A stretch of DNA of 57,240 nt from Limisphaerales bacterium. GTDB taxonomy: Bacteria > Pseudomonadota > Gammaproteobacteria > Pseudomonadales > Azotimanducaceae. A program made the translations under genes and the position numbers. The notes under the pieces are model-generated. The model made no database searches. It had not been told where the DNA came from and was given only the letters and a program-made list of their open reading frames with translations. The stretch is taken from positions 1 through 57,240 of the forward strand of contig JBNMMV010000001.1 of assembly GCA_051270205.1 (NCBI GenBank), written 5' to 3'. Below are positions 1 through 10,191 of the stretch, one piece after another. Each line of letters opens with the position of its first letter. Position 1 is the first letter of the stretch.

Positions 1-538
1 GATTGCCCGGGGTATTTAACACCACCACCTTGGTCCGCGAAGACGTCATAGCCAAGAGTCCATCGACATCAAGCGCACAATCCAAATCTAGATCCAACTC
101 TGGGCTGAGTACGCGCAGACCCAATGCCCGGACAATGCCCCGATAACCAATATACATCGGCTCAGGAATCACAATCTCATCACCCGCGTCGCACAATGTT
201 GCCAGCGTTGCGTACAAGGCGCCTGTGGCACCTGGCATGATGACAAAGTTCTCAGGGGAAAATTCTCGACCGGTGGACAGTGTTTCGAGTTCGGCGATGG
301 CGGTGCGTAGATTCAGCTCGCCTGCGGGTGGAGAATAGTGCGTTCTGCCAGCATCAATGCTCTTCAGCAGTTGTGACGAGATATCCTTGGGGGTCGAGAA
401 ATCAGGGTCACCGACGCTCATCAAGATGATGTCCTCACCTGCCTCTTTGCGACTTGCAGCCTCATAGTGGATCGCCCAAACGTCGTCCTCGCTGGGCGAC
501 AGGCGTTCGGCCATGCGGCTTAATGGCAGTTTTTTCAT
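1..538 (-). CDS. PLP-dependent aminotransferase class I/II, 5' part (runs off the window edge)
   Basis: Not in the ORF track. Manual translation from ATG 538: MKKLPLSRMAERLSPSEDDVWAIHYEAASRKEAGEDIILMSVGDPDFSTP, later THYSPPAGELNLR, MPGATGALY and EPMYIGY; typical class I aminotransferase N-terminus. Confidence 0.85.
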   Translation of the reverse strand, partial: MKKLPLSRMAERLSPSEDDVWAIHYEAASRKEAGEDIILMSVGDPDFSTPKDISSQLLKSIDAGRTHYSPPAGELNLRTAIAELETLSTGREFSPENFVIMPGATGALYATLATLCDAGDEIVIPEPMYIGYRGIVRALGLRVLSPELDLDLDCALDVDGLLAMTSSRTKVVVLNTPGN

Positions 539-741
539 GGTGGTGTACTCAAGAACTGAGTCTACTGTCGTTGGGCAGGACAGGACTTACTGCTGAATCG
601 AATGGAAGTGATGGGTTGTTTGACCCCAAAACCCCTATATCCTAGATTTTAAGCCATTTATGGCAAGTAAGTAGCACAGAGGCTTCAAGATCCGCTAGCA
701 TGAAGCAGATCATGGCGGACTCCTTGATTTTGAAGGGGAAA

Positions 742-817
742 TGGTGGGTCGTGTGAGACTTGAACTCACGACCATCAGGTTAAAAGCCCGGTGCTCTACC
801 AACTGAGCTAACGACCC
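742..817 (-). tRNA. tRNA-Lys(UUU)
   Basis: GGGTCGT TA GCTC AGTTGGTA GAGC A CCGGG CTTTTAA CCTGA TGGTC GTGAG TTCAAGT CTCAC ACGACCC ACCA; 76 nt cloverleaf with encoded CCA; usual position after tol-pal-cpoB-queE-queC. Confidence 0.97.
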
Positions 818-855
818 CCGAGCCAAAAAGTATGGCCATCAAAATCGAGGCGAGA

Positions 856-884
856 ATTGTAGACATGCCCATCCATGGTTTCAA
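856..884 (-). promoter_or_regulatory. sigma70 promoter of tRNA-Lys
   Basis: TTGAAA-17 nt-TACAAT on the minus strand followed by a GC-rich discriminator (TCTCGCC), about 40 nt upstream of the tRNA. Confidence 0.7.
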
Positions 885-922
885 GGGCATATGTCGGTTT
901 CGTCACCGGATTCTGGGCATAT

Positions 923-1603
923 TCAATCTAAATACCGAGTCGGGTCACTAATACCGGCAGCATCAAAACCTTCTTTGCGAATTCGACAGCTGTCACACAC
1001 CCCACAGGCTGCACCATCAGCGTCTGCTTGATAGCACGACACCGACGCTGCGTAGTTGACCCCAAGCTCTAGACCTAGCCCGATGATCTCTGCCTTCGTT
1101 AGGTTAATAAGTGGGGTATGAATGCGGATTCGTTCGCCCTCAACGCCAATTTTAGTCGCAAGATTGGCCATGTTTTCGAAAGCCGCGATGAATTCTGGGC
1201 GACAATCAGGATAGCCAGAGTAATCAACGGCATTCACACCGATGAAAATATCAGCCGCCCCCAGCACTTCAGCCCATGCCAGCGCATAAGAAAGAAAAAC
1301 CGTATTGCGAGCCGGAACATAAGTAATAGGAATGCCTGAGGTCGCGGTGGTGGGTATATCGATGCTTTCATCGGTCAGTGCTGAGCCACCTAACTGGCCC
1401 AGGTCAATGCGCAGAAGCCGGTGTTCCTTGGCCCCCAATTCTGCAGACAAAGTAGTCGCAGCACCCAATTCAGAGCGATGGCGCTGTCCGTAGTCGAAAG
1501 AAAGGGCATAGCAGACATAGCCATCACTGCGAGCTTGGGCCAAGGTCGTCGCAGAATCTAGACCACCAGATACAAGCACCACGGCAGACCTTTGTCCGCT
1601 CAC
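923..1603 (-). CDS. queC: 7-cyano-7-deazaguanine synthase
   Basis: SGGLDS PP-loop, [23 protein letters not shown]-terminal SCY...CGVCDSC zinc site. Confidence 0.97.
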   Translation of the reverse strand: MSGQRSAVVLVSGGLDSATTLAQARSDGYVCYALSFDYGQRHRSELGAATTLSAELGAKEHRLLRIDLGQLGGSALTDESIDIPTTATSGIPITYVPARNTVFLSYALAWAEVLGAADIFIGVNAVDYSGYPDCRPEFIAAFENMANLATKIGVEGERIRIHTPLINLTKAEIIGLGLELGVNYAASVSCYQADADGAACGVCDSCRIRKEGFDAAGISDPTRYLD

Positions 1604-1624
1604 AGCGTGTTTCCTGATTGTTGC

Positions 1625-2269
1625 TTACCGTCCAGGTTCATCACCCCAAAGTAACTTGTGAAGCTGTACCTGCATACGCACAGGCAGTCGGTCTTCAACA
1701 ATCCAGTCACCTAGTTCAGTCGGAGTAATTTCACCGAAGCTCGGAGACAGCAATACATCTGCGACCAGAGCAGATAGTCCATGCTCATCGCATTTCAATT
1801 TGGTCCAGTCATAATCCTGGCGATTGCAGATCACAAACTTCACTTGGTCTTGTGCTGACAGCCAACCGACATTGTCCCAGAGGTTACGTGCAACCTCTCC
1901 AGAACCGGGTGTCTTAAAGTCGACCACCTTCACTACTCGAGAATCAACCCGATCCACTGCAAGCGCTCCGCTGGTTTCCAACGAAACATGCAAACCGAGA
2001 TCACATAGTTTGGGTAAGAGTTCGTGAACAGCTGGCTGGGCCAACGGCTCTCCCCCAGTTACCGTAACGTGGGAAACGCCATAATCGCGTACCTGTTCAA
2101 CAATGGCGTCTACAGCGTGGTTCTTGCCGCCACTAAAGGCATATTCACTGTCACAGTATTGGCAGCGCAATGGGCAGCCTGTAAGACGGACGAAAACTGT
2201 GGGTAAGCCGACTGTATTTGCCTCCCCTTGCAGGGAGAGAAATATCTCAGTAATTCTCAGAGAAGCCAT
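1625..2269 (-). CDS. queE: 7-carboxy-7-deazaguanine synthase (radical SAM)
   Basis: EIFLSLQGE, CPLRCQYCD CxxxCxxC motif, TGGEP, QLHK; adjacent to queC. Confidence 0.97.
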   Translation of the reverse strand: MASLRITEIFLSLQGEANTVGLPTVFVRLTGCPLRCQYCDSEYAFSGGKNHAVDAIVEQVRDYGVSHVTVTGGEPLAQPAVHELLPKLCDLGLHVSLETSGALAVDRVDSRVVKVVDFKTPGSGEVARNLWDNVGWLSAQDQVKFVICNRQDYDWTKLKCDEHGLSALVADVLLSPSFGEITPTELGDWIVEDRLPVRMQVQLHKLLWGDEPGR

Positions 2270-2325
2270 CTAAAACAACTTTATTTATCGCTATTAGGAC
2301 AAAATGCGAAATTATCGCCGCTAGG

Positions 2326-2389
2326 ACTATCACCTTTACAACTATCACCTCTACAACTACCACCTCTACAACTATAACCTCTACAACTA
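2326..2389. repeat. 4 x 15 bp tandem repeat (ACTATCACCTCTACA) starting at the cpoB stop codon
   Basis: Units at 2326, 2341, 2356, 2371: actatcacctttaca, actatcacctctaca, actaccacctctaca, actataacctctaca, then acta. Confidence 0.95.
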
Positions 2390-3301
2390 GGGCAACTCTG
2401 CTGCATACTTCCTCGCTAGACCTGCTGCAGAGGAGTCAGGGTATTCACGCTGAACCCGGTCTAAGAATCGCCGAGCGGTATCATTTTCTGCCAGCGTCGC
2501 GTGTACAACCCCGAGTTTATAGAGGGCATCCGGGGTTTTCTGGTGATCTGGGTACAGATTCACTACTTGCATGAATGCTTGACGGGCCTGCTCAGGATCT
2601 TGGTCTGCGACCAGAAAAATTTCGCCAATCCAATAAAATGCGTTTGGCGTGTATTGGCCATTGGGATAGTTTGCTATTAGCGCTTGGAAGGCTGTCTTTG
2701 AGACTTCGAATTGCTGTCCGCGCATGGCCTCAAACGCCTGCCGATAGGCATCTTTTTCGTTGGTTGGGCTGCCACTGACATTCTGCGTACTGCTTGTAGT
2801 GCCAGTTATAGGCGTGGCTGACGCAGCCGGTGCACCTTGGCTAATCTGCGCTACACGCCGATCAAGATCTAGGTATTGGTCCTTCTGATCTTGTTGAAGC
2901 CGTTTAATGGTATAGGCCTGTTCTTCCGCCTGCCCTCTCAAGTCTTGGATCTCTTGCTGCAAAATTTGGATCTGGTAGAAAAGATCGGCAATACCTCGGC
3001 CAGAGTTACCGCCAGAATTTCCAACAGAGCCGTTCGAGGAGGGTTCGAGGGTAATCGAGGGTGCCTGATCAGGCTCGATCGTAGGAGGAATACCCAAAGG
3101 CTGAGAACGTCGACTGCTATTGGATTTCACCAGGGGTCGAATCGCGCCACGGTTAGTTGCATCCGCCGCCCTGTTAACTCCCGCCGCGGCGCCAACAGCT
3201 TCCTCAACAGATTCTTCAACAGGAACTGCAGCAATTACCGCAGCGTTAAGAAAAAGCGCGGCAAAAGCCGCGCTTGTGAGTATTGATGTATTCCTCATCA
3301 A
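2387..3301 (-). CDS. cpoB: Cell division coordinator CpoB (YbgF)
   Basis: Signal peptide, coiled coil LQQEIQDLRGQAEEQ, TPR region with YPNGQYTPNAFYWIGE and PDALYKLG; follows pal. Confidence 0.93.
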   Translation of the reverse strand: MMRNTSILTSAAFAALFLNAAVIAAVPVEESVEEAVGAAAGVNRAADATNRGAIRPLVKSNSSRRSQPLGIPPTIEPDQAPSITLEPSSNGSVGNSGGNSGRGIADLFYQIQILQQEIQDLRGQAEEQAYTIKRLQQDQKDQYLDLDRRVAQISQGAPAASATPITGTTSSTQNVSGSPTNEKDAYRQAFEAMRGQQFEVSKTAFQALIANYPNGQYTPNAFYWIGEIFLVADQDPEQARQAFMQVVNLYPDHQKTPDALYKLGVVHATLAENDTARRFLDRVQREYPDSSAAGLARKYAAELP

Positions 3302-3303
3302 AC

Positions 3304-3855
3304 TTATCGGTAAGAAACTACCGCACGCCGGTTACGCGACCAAGAGCCGTCGTCGTGACCAGGATCTTCAGGCTGTTCTTCACCGTAACTTACGGTCTCA
3401 ACTTGACGTGAAGATACGCCTGCTGAAGACAAGAAGCTGGCGACTGCATTTGCACGACGCTCGCCGAGCGCTAAGTTGTACTCGCGCGTTCCTCGTTCGT
3501 CACAATGCCCTTCGATGACAATGGATCGATCAGAATTACGACGAAGGATTTGAGCATGAACTTCTAATGCTGCTAAATCCGCAGGGCGCAGGAGGGACTT
3601 GTCATAGTCAAAGTAAAAGGTTCGCGAAATAGGGCGACCACTACCATCAATCGGGGTGACACCATCGTTGGCAAAATCCGAAGCTTCGGGCTCCACTTCT
3701 CGAATCGGCTGTTCGGAAGGGGTTTGTTCTACAACCTCAGCTTCCGGTGGTGCTTCGTTAGGGGTGCCAGTGCTTGAACAACCCGCAATCACCAAGGCGG
3801 CTAGAAAAATACCAACTACACCAAGTAGGTTGGGCTTTTGCGCTTGCATGTACAT
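3304..3855 (-). CDS. pal: Peptidoglycan-associated lipoprotein
   Basis: Lipobox IAGC, YFDYDKS, IEGHCDERGTREYNLALGERRA, SYGEE; ATG 3855 has GAGGA upstream. Confidence 0.97.
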   Translation of the reverse strand: MYMQAQKPNLLGVVGIFLAALVIAGCSSTGTPNEAPPEAEVVEQTPSEQPIREVEPEASDFANDGVTPIDGSGRPISRTFYFDYDKSLLRPADLAALEVHAQILRRNSDRSIVIEGHCDERGTREYNLALGERRANAVASFLSSAGVSSRQVETVSYGEEQPEDPGHDDGSWSRNRRAVVSYR

Positions 3856-3877
3856 CAATTTTTCCTCTCTTCTCTTA

Positions 3878-3911
3878 ATATTTTAGCTTTGTTTATATTT
3901 TAACTTTGTTT
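3878..3911. repeat. 2 x 17 bp tandem duplication in the tolB-pal spacer
   Basis: atattttagctttgttt followed by atattttaactttgttt. Confidence 0.75.
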
Positions 3912-4001
3912 ATGTATACGCTCAAAGTGTGTACATATTTTTGATTTAGATCTCAGTTTTTCTATTAAAGGGTTAACGTTCGCTACACGTTAGTGCCTGC
4001 G

Positions 4002-5294
4002 TTATCCATCCAAAAACGGTGACCACGCCGGTTCCCGCACGTCACCTCGAGATGAGGGCAGACGATACTTGACCCTTCCATCGATTGAAACCACGGCGAG
4101 TATACCTCTTCCTTGATCTTGTGTGGCATAAATCAGCATTGTGCCGTTGGGTGCAAGTGATGGCGATTCGTCTAAAGAGGTTGCCGTCAGAACCTGTAAA
4201 TTGTCTCGCTCTAAGTCCTGCCATGCAATGTGAAATACACCATTTCTTCGATGAACAAAGACAAGATGTTTCCCATCTTCCATGAGTCGACCTCTGGCAT
4301 TGTAGTTGCCAGTGAAGGTCAAACGTTCGAGGAAATTGGTGGCGAGATCCAACTGGTATATCTGTGGGCGACCCCCACGATCAGAGGTGAAAATGATACC
4401 TTTTCCATCTGGCGTCCAACTGGGCTCTGTATCAATCGCGTGGTGTCGGGTAATTTGCCTTAACTTGCGAGTGGCCAAATCCATGATGAAGATTTCAGGG
4501 TCACCATCCTTAGACAGCACCATAGCCAACTTACGCCCATCCGGAGAAAAAACAGGCGAACTATTAATGCCTCTGAAATTAGTCAGACGCTCACGATAAG
4601 TACCATTGAGGTCTTGGAGAACAATGGTTGGCCTACCTGTTTCGAATGTCACATAGACCACACGCTTACCATCCGGCGCCCAGCTCGCAGACAAAATAGG
4701 TTCTCTCGAATTTAACAAGGTGCGTGAACGCTCGCCGTCTGAATCCGCCACTTCTAATCGAAAGCTTGCTTCAGGCGTACCTGCGCCTTGCGCCAATACA
4801 TACAAAATCTTGGTTGAGAAGGCACCGCGGATACCTGTGATTTCTTCGTATACCGCATCGGCCACTCGGTGCGCTACATCTCGCCACTGCGACTTACTGA
4901 ACGTATAACGTCTAGTCAACATCTGTCGCTCGGCCAGCACATCGTACAATTCAAAGCTCACTTCGATCTGGTCGCCAACTTGTTTTCTCGCTGAACCAAT
5001 CACCAAATAGGCCGCCTTCAGAATGCGCCAGTCGCGGAAAAAAACTTCCTGCCGTGTCTTTGGGTGTGACAACATGTTTTCAGATGCGAGCGGGTCAAAC
5101 TGCCCTGATCTTGCTAAATCGAAACTAACTATGTCATCCAACCCCTGCGGAGCGCTGACATCCGTCTGGAACGGGGCAATCGCAATGCGAATCGGCTCAT
5201 CAACGCCTCGGTCAATAATGATGGTATCCAGAGAAGACGCATAACTCTGTACGAATGTAAAAACCAAGGCTACTACTAGTAATCCACGGGTCAT
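4002..5294 (-). CDS. tolB: Tol-Pal beta-propeller protein TolB
   Basis: Signal peptide, [25 protein letters not shown]40 repeats (WAPDG, FSPDG, WTPDG), C-terminal REPAWSPF. Confidence 0.97.
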   Translation of the reverse strand: MTRGLLVVALVFTFVQSYASSLDTIIIDRGVDEPIRIAIAPFQTDVSAPQGLDDIVSFDLARSGQFDPLASENMLSHPKTRQEVFFRDWRILKAAYLVIGSARKQVGDQIEVSFELYDVLAERQMLTRRYTFSKSQWRDVAHRVADAVYEEITGIRGAFSTKILYVLAQGAGTPEASFRLEVADSDGERSRTLLNSREPILSASWAPDGKRVVYVTFETGRPTIVLQDLNGTYRERLTNFRGINSSPVFSPDGRKLAMVLSKDGDPEIFIMDLATRKLRQITRHHAIDTEPSWTPDGKGIIFTSDRGGRPQIYQLDLATNFLERLTFTGNYNARGRLMEDGKHLVFVHRRNGVFHIAWQDLERDNLQVLTATSLDESPSLAPNGTMLIYATQDQGRGILAVVSIDGRVKYRLPSSRGDVREPAWSPFLDG

Positions 5295-5302
5295 ATGTTC
5301 CC

Positions 5303-6073
5303 TTATCTAAGTAAATCTTCGGGTTGAAACAGAATGTAAAATCTTCTGAAATGACGCTCAAAGAGAGCATTCTCTTGGGGCACTTCAAATCGTTTCGCTA
5401 GACGTACTGCATGTTCGGCAGATCGATCAAAGGCTGCATTGCCAGATGACTCTATAATGGTTACTGCGACTACCTCACCCGTCGGTATTAATTCGACCTG
5501 AAGCCGCGCCTGCATGCCCGTTCGCGAACTGGGTGGTCGCGACCAATTTGTACGCACTAATTCGTATATCGCCGCATGATAAGAACGCACCACTTGCTCT
5601 TCGCTGCCCGCCTGCAAGTCAACGCTCTCATCGGCAATTGCCTGTTCCAAAGAGGTGGCGGCGAGTTCGCTCAGACGTGCTAACCGCTCCTGGCGGGCAA
5701 GCTCGGCAGCCGTTTGTTTATCGGCTTGGGCCTGCCGTGCGCGCTCAGCAAGTCGCTGCTCCTCACGAGCTTTCGCCGCGGCTTCTTGTTCGGCCTTTGA
5801 TTTCGCCTCTTTTCTCACTTTGGCTTGATCAGCCTTAGCCTGTTTTGCGCGCTCTGCTTCTCGCTGTTTCTGAGCAACATCGACCTTCGGCGGCGGTGCT
5901 GCTTTCGCCTTTGGCTTCAGCACGATTAAACTTGCCATAACTGTTTGTGGCTTGACGAAATTCAGCAACTCTTTTTCCGGGTTCCAGCCTTGATACAGCG
6001 CCCATGCGGCAGCCGCGTGTAAGCTTAGCGCCAACAAGAAAGGCAAGCTGTAGTGCCGAGCAGCGTAGAACAT
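5303..6073 (-). CDS. tolA: Cell envelope integrity protein TolA
   Basis: N-terminal TM with SLH (SHLS-type motif), Ala/Lys/Glu-rich helical stalk, C-terminal WSRP...[11 protein letters not shown]; position between tolR and tolB. Confidence 0.92.
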   Translation of the reverse strand: MFYAARHYSLPFLLALSLHAAAAWALYQGWNPEKELLNFVKPQTVMASLIVLKPKAKAAPPPKVDVAQKQREAERAKQAKADQAKVRKEAKSKAEQEAAAKAREEQRLAERARQAQADKQTAAELARQERLARLSELAATSLEQAIADESVDLQAGSEEQVVRSYHAAIYELVRTNWSRPPSSRTGMQARLQVELIPTGEVVAVTIIESSGNAAFDRSAEHAVRLAKRFEVPQENALFERHFRRFYILFQPEDLLR

Positions 6074-6507
6074 TAGCTTTCTATCTGTGGAGGATCAGTA
6101 ATTAAACCCACACTTTTAGCACCCGCTTTTTGCAACACTGTCATTACTCCTACGACCTGGCCGTAGTCCAATGCATGATCTGCCTTTATGTAAACCGGCA
6201 CATTGGTTCGGGCACGAATAATTTTTCCTGCCTGATCCTCTAACGAATAGACGGTCACACGCGTGCCTTCGTCTTCCTCATCCTGCATGCCAAGATTCAT
6301 GAAAATCGCTCCATCCTTGCGCATAGACACTACCAATGGGTCTTCGTCGGTATCTTCAATTGCTTCAGACGGTGCTTCTGGCAAATCAACCGTCACGCCT
6401 TGAGTAAGCAAAGGCGCAGTCGCCATAAAGATCACCAACAACACCAGCATCACATCAATGTAGGGCACCACATTGATTTCCGAAATAGGCTTGCGACGTT
6501 TTGCCAT
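6073..6507 (-). CDS. tolR: TolR
   Basis: EINVVPYIDVMLVLLVIFM, YGQVVGVM, VGLIT. Confidence 0.97.
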   Translation of the reverse strand: MAKRRKPISEINVVPYIDVMLVLLVIFMATAPLLTQGVTVDLPEAPSEAIEDTDEDPLVVSMRKDGAIFMNLGMQDEEDEGTRVTVYSLEDQAGKIIRARTNVPVYIKADHALDYGQVVGVMTVLQKAGAKSVGLITDPPQIES

Positions 6508-7197
6508 TTAGCTGTTCTCCGGTTTTTTGGAATGCGCCGCTCGGTGAAGAATGGTGGTTAATTCATCACTGAAGGCTTCATAACGTTTCATCAGATTTTC
6601 TACGCGGGCGCTGTAACGGTTGTAGGCAATCACCGCGGGTATCGCGGCGAACAAACCCATGGCAGTCGCCACCAAGGCTTCAGAGATGCCCGGTGCTACC
6701 GAGGCGAGCGTTGCCTGGGTCATGTTTGCCAGAGAGCGGAACGAGTTCATGATGCCCCACACTGTCCCAAATAGACCAACATACGGACTGGTCGAACCCA
6801 CCGTTGCCAGAAATGGCAGATGCGTTTCAATACGCGCCTCTTCACGGGTTAGTGCGACACGATTAGCCCGCTGTACGCCGTCCATGATGGCTTCGGCATC
6901 TCCGCCACTTTGTTCAGACATGCGGGTGTATTCACGAAACCCAGCCAGAAAGATGCTCTCAATTCCGTTGACACTTTCATCGCCATCAAGCTCTTTGTAT
7001 AACTGGCGAAGGTCAATGCCAGACCAAAAATGTTCTTCGAAGGAATCAACTTCGGCAACTGCGCGCCGCAGTACGAACCAGCGCTGGAAAATCATCATCC
7101 AGGACACGACAGAGGCCAGCATAAGCAAGCCCATGACAATCTGCACAAGCAGACTAGCGTTAGAGATAAGATCAAATATGGAAATCTGCTCAGTCAC
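6508..7197 (-). CDS. tolQ: TolQ
   Basis: FLATVGSTSPYVGLFGTVWGIM, VAPGISEALVATAMGLFAAIPA. Confidence 0.97.
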   Translation of the reverse strand: MTEQISIFDLISNASLLVQIVMGLLMLASVVSWMMIFQRWFVLRRAVAEVDSFEEHFWSGIDLRQLYKELDGDESVNGIESIFLAGFREYTRMSEQSGGDAEAIMDGVQRANRVALTREEARIETHLPFLATVGSTSPYVGLFGTVWGIMNSFRSLANMTQATLASVAPGISEALVATAMGLFAAIPAVIAYNRYSARVENLMKRYEAFSDELTTILHRAAHSKKPENS

Positions 7198-7218
7198 GGA
7201 GCGCTCCTAAATCACAAA

Positions 7219-8250
7219 TTAAGACAATTTTAACTGGGGTTGGGATTCACCAGGATCAAGACCAAAGTGCTGATAGCATTTGGGTGTAGCGACCCTACCT
7301 CGTGGCGTACGCATCAGGTAACCCTGTTGTATTAGATAAGGTTCGATCACATCTTCAATGGTGTCTTTTTCCTCGCTAATGGCAGCCGCGAGCGCTTCCA
7401 GACCAACCGGCCCGCCACCAAACATTTCGAGAATCGCAATGAGTAGCCGCCGGTCCATACCGTCAAACCCTTGTTTATCGACTTTCAACATATTCAGCGC
7501 ATCATCTGCGACCTGGGCGCTGACTGTGCCATCGCCCTTAACCTCCGCGAAATCACGTACTCGGCGTAACAGTCTATTGGCAATACGGGGCGTACCACGA
7601 CTACGATGAGCAACTTCGCTGGCACCTTTTAGCTCCACACTTAGACTCAGTTTCTCGGCAGATCGAACAACAATTTCGGTGAGTTCGCTGACACTATAAA
7701 ATTCAAGGCGTTGGACGATGCCAAAACGATCGCGCAATGGACTGGTCAGCAGTCCTGCCCGGGTGGTCGCGCCGACCAAGGTAAATTTCGGCAATTCCAA
7801 TTTTAGCGACCTTGCCGACGGCCCCTCTCCAATCATAATATCTAGCTGATAGTCTTCCATCGCTGGATAAAGAATCTCTTCCACGACCGGACTGAGACGA
7901 TGAATCTCATCAACAAAGAGCACATCACCCTCATCAAGGTTGGTTAGCATTGCTGCCAAATCCCCTGGTTTCTCCAGCACCGGACCCGACGTCGACTTGA
8001 TAGCAACACCCATTTCGCGAGCGATGATGTTAGCCAACGTCGTTTTACCCAGTCCTGGCGGACCAAAAATTAACGTGTGATCCAGGGCTTCGTGGCGTGC
8101 GTTTGCGGCTTGAATAAAGATACTCATTTGTTCTTTGACCGAACTTTGACCAATATATTCATCAAGCCGAAGGGGACGCAGCGCATAATCATGGCGCGCC
8201 TCTCCAGGCTCCTCTGACGCTTTAATGAGTCTGTCGGGCTCAATAGTCAA
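7219..8250 (-). CDS. ruvB: Holliday junction helicase RuvB
   Basis: Walker [30 protein letters not shown]; TTG 8250 (MTIEPDRLI) preferred over 8280 because GAGAG precedes it and it matches the usual MIEADRLI start. Confidence 0.97.
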   Translation of the reverse strand: MTIEPDRLIKASEEPGEARHDYALRPLRLDEYIGQSSVKEQMSIFIQAANARHEALDHTLIFGPPGLGKTTLANIIAREMGVAIKSTSGPVLEKPGDLAAMLTNLDEGDVLFVDEIHRLSPVVEEILYPAMEDYQLDIMIGEGPSARSLKLELPKFTLVGATTRAGLLTSPLRDRFGIVQRLEFYSVSELTEIVVRSAEKLSLSVELKGASEVAHRSRGTPRIANRLLRRVRDFAEVKGDGTVSAQVADDALNMLKVDKQGFDGMDRRLLIAILEMFGGGPVGLEALAAAISEEKDTIEDVIEPYLIQQGYLMRTPRGRVATPKCYQHFGLDPGESQPQLKLS

Positions 8251-8295
8251 AACAATTTCTCTCTTTCCCGTTTGAAACAATTACGGATGGAATGA

Positions 8296-8928
8296 TTACG
8301 CTTTCGTCTGCTGTTGCGCTAGCGTTCGCAGCGATTGCCGGACAATTTCCTCAACTGTGGCATTGTCTGCCAAATTTTGCATCGCACGGCCAACAATACG
8401 AGCAGCATCGGCTGGACGATACCCCAATGCCAACAAGGCATCCTCTGCTTCAATCTCAACGGCTCGATGCGTACGACCACCCTCAGCCACAATCGCAGCC
8501 AACGGCGCTCCGGAAATTTCCGAGAGCGCATCCAAGCGGTTTTTTAGCTCTAGCAATAACCGCTCCGCCGTCTTCTTACCCACACCCGGGACCTTGGTAA
8601 GCACCGAGACATCACCGGAGCGCACCGCCTGCGCTAGAGTTGAGGGATCGAGTGACGATATCAACGACAGACCCAGTTTTGGGCCGACACCATTTATCTT
8701 AATGTACGCCCTAAACAGATCGCGCTCAGCCCGACTTGCAAAACCGTACAACAGCTGAGCATCTTCACGTACCACAAAGTGCGTGAACAAGCTGATTTCC
8801 ACGCCAATTTGAGGCAACGTCTCTATGACGCTGCCTGCCACTTCTATTTCATAACCCACACCGTGGATATCGACCACCAGATGGGCGCCGTCTAGCTCTA
8901 GAAGGTTTCCTGTCAATCTACTAATCAC
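8296..8928 (-). CDS. ruvA: Holliday junction DNA-binding protein RuvA
   Basis: HGVGYE, VREDAQLLYGF, HhH motifs GVGPK and VPGVGKKTAER, ALLALGY. Confidence 0.97.
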   Translation of the reverse strand: MISRLTGNLLELDGAHLVVDIHGVGYEIEVAGSVIETLPQIGVEISLFTHFVVREDAQLLYGFASRAERDLFRAYIKINGVGPKLGLSLISSLDPSTLAQAVRSGDVSVLTKVPGVGKKTAERLLLELKNRLDALSEISGAPLAAIVAEGGRTHRAVEIEAEDALLALGYRPADAARIVGRAMQNLADNATVEEIVRQSLRTLAQQQTKA

Positions 8929-8945
8929 GGCTTAGCTGTACAACT

Positions 8946-9422
8946 CTAGGCTTGTAAAGGCGAAGTATTGACGTGGCAAAGGGCAATGGCAAGTGCATCT
9001 GCGGCATCCTCTTGTGGGTCACCAGCCAAATCCAACAAGAGCTTAACCATGTGCTGCACCTGTTCCTTGCTTGCCTTACCTGTACCTACCACCGCCTGCT
9101 TGACCTGGCGCGCTGCATATTCAGATATTGGCAACGACTGGCTCATGCAAGCGGCAATAGCAACGCCTCGTGCTTGGCCTAAGATCAAAGCGGATTTGGC
9201 GTTCTTTGAGACAAATACCTGTTCAATAGCAACTTGGTCTGGGCGATGAAGGTCGATGAGTTCGCACAAACCGCTGTAAATGAGTTTTAACCTTTCATGC
9301 ATTTCTAGACGAGCAACATTAATACAACCACTAGCAAGATAGGTTGTCTTATTGCCAGTTACCCTGACTACGCCGTATCCCGTAAAACGTGAGCCTGGAT
9401 CAATCCCCAAAACTATGGTGAT
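8946..9422 (-). CDS. ruvC: Crossover junction endodeoxyribonuclease RuvC (start probably ATC 9422; first canonical codon is TTG 9410)
   Basis: [37 protein letters not shown]. Confidence 0.95.
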   Translation of the reverse strand: MTIVLGIDPGSRFTGYGVVRVTGNKTTYLASGCINVARLEMHERLKLIYSGLCELIDLHRPDQVAIEQVFVSKNAKSALILGQARGVAIAACMSQSLPISEYAARQVKQAVVGTGKASKEQVQHMVKLLLDLAGDPQEDAADALAIALCHVNTSPLQA

Positions 9423-9454
9423 GCGAAAAGCTCCAGTTTTGAGTTCACGCTCGC

Positions 9455-10189
9455 TTACTCTTCGAACGCTGGGAAATCTGCATTCGAATAGACTTCTTGA
9501 ACGTCGTCTAATTCTTCCAGCGCATCAATCAAGCGCAGCACCTTCTCGGCAAGTGCTTGATCACACTCTGTAGTCGTCGAAGCGACCATGGTCACCTCTG
9601 AGTGATCAGGTTCCAAACCTTGGGCGTTCATTGCAGCGACAACATCACTCAACATTTCCCAGGGCGTAGTTACCGAAATGGCGCCATCTTCTTCGGATTC
9701 AACATCTTCAGCGCCTGCCTCCAGTGCGACGTCCATAATCTGTTCTTCGTCTGCGCCAGGGGCAAAATTGATCATGCCTTGGCGATTGAAGAGATAGGCA
9801 ACTGAACCGTCAGTGCCTAAGTTGCCACTGAACTTGCTAAACGCATAACGTACTTCGGCAGCCGTGCGATTACGATTGTCGGTCATAGCTTCTACCAAAA
9901 TGGCAACACCACCTGCGCCATAACCTTCATAGACCAGTTCTTCAACATCAGCGCCATCAGAATCACCCGCGCCTCGTTGAATGGCTCGGTCGATGGTGTC
10001 TTTTGGCATGTTAGCCGCCAACGCCTTGTCTACCGCAGCCCGCAAACGGGGGTTGTCATCTATTTCGCCACCACCCATCCGCGCGCCTACGGTAATTTCG
10101 CGAATAATTTTGGTGTAAAGCTTGCCTCGTTTTTTATCTTGCGCCGCTTTGCGGTGCTTGATATTCGCCCATTTGCTGTGACCTGCCAT
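9455..10189 (-). CDS. yebC: YebC/PmpR family protein
   Basis: [39 protein letters not shown]. Confidence 0.96.
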   Translation of the reverse strand: MAGHSKWANIKHRKAAQDKKRGKLYTKIIREITVGARMGGGEIDDNPRLRAAVDKALAANMPKDTIDRAIQRGAGDSDGADVEELVYEGYGAGGVAILVEAMTDNRNRTAAEVRYAFSKFSGNLGTDGSVAYLFNRQGMINFAPGADEEQIMDVALEAGAEDVESEEDGAISVTTPWEMLSDVVAAMNAQGLEPDHSEVTMVASTTTECDQALAEKVLRLIDALEELDDVQEVYSNADFPAFEE

Positions 10190-10191
10190 AA

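Noticed and set aside
540-741. Integrated island or att scar at the tRNA-Lys 3' end (TTCAAAATCAAGGAG follows the CCA), and ORF 454..645
   Set aside because: No integrase or duplicated tRNA 3' end is visible in the window; the ORF overlaps the aminotransferase on the opposite strand
2270-2389. preQ1-I riboswitch upstream of queE (AGAGGTTATAG resembles the AGAGGTTCTAG start of the Bacillus aptamer)
   Set aside because: The complementary CCTCT strand of P1 is absent on the coding strand and the motif is simply the tandem repeat unit; an Infernal search would settle it
2326-2389. CRISPR array
   Set aside because: Units are 15 bp, contiguous and without spacers; no cas genes in the window
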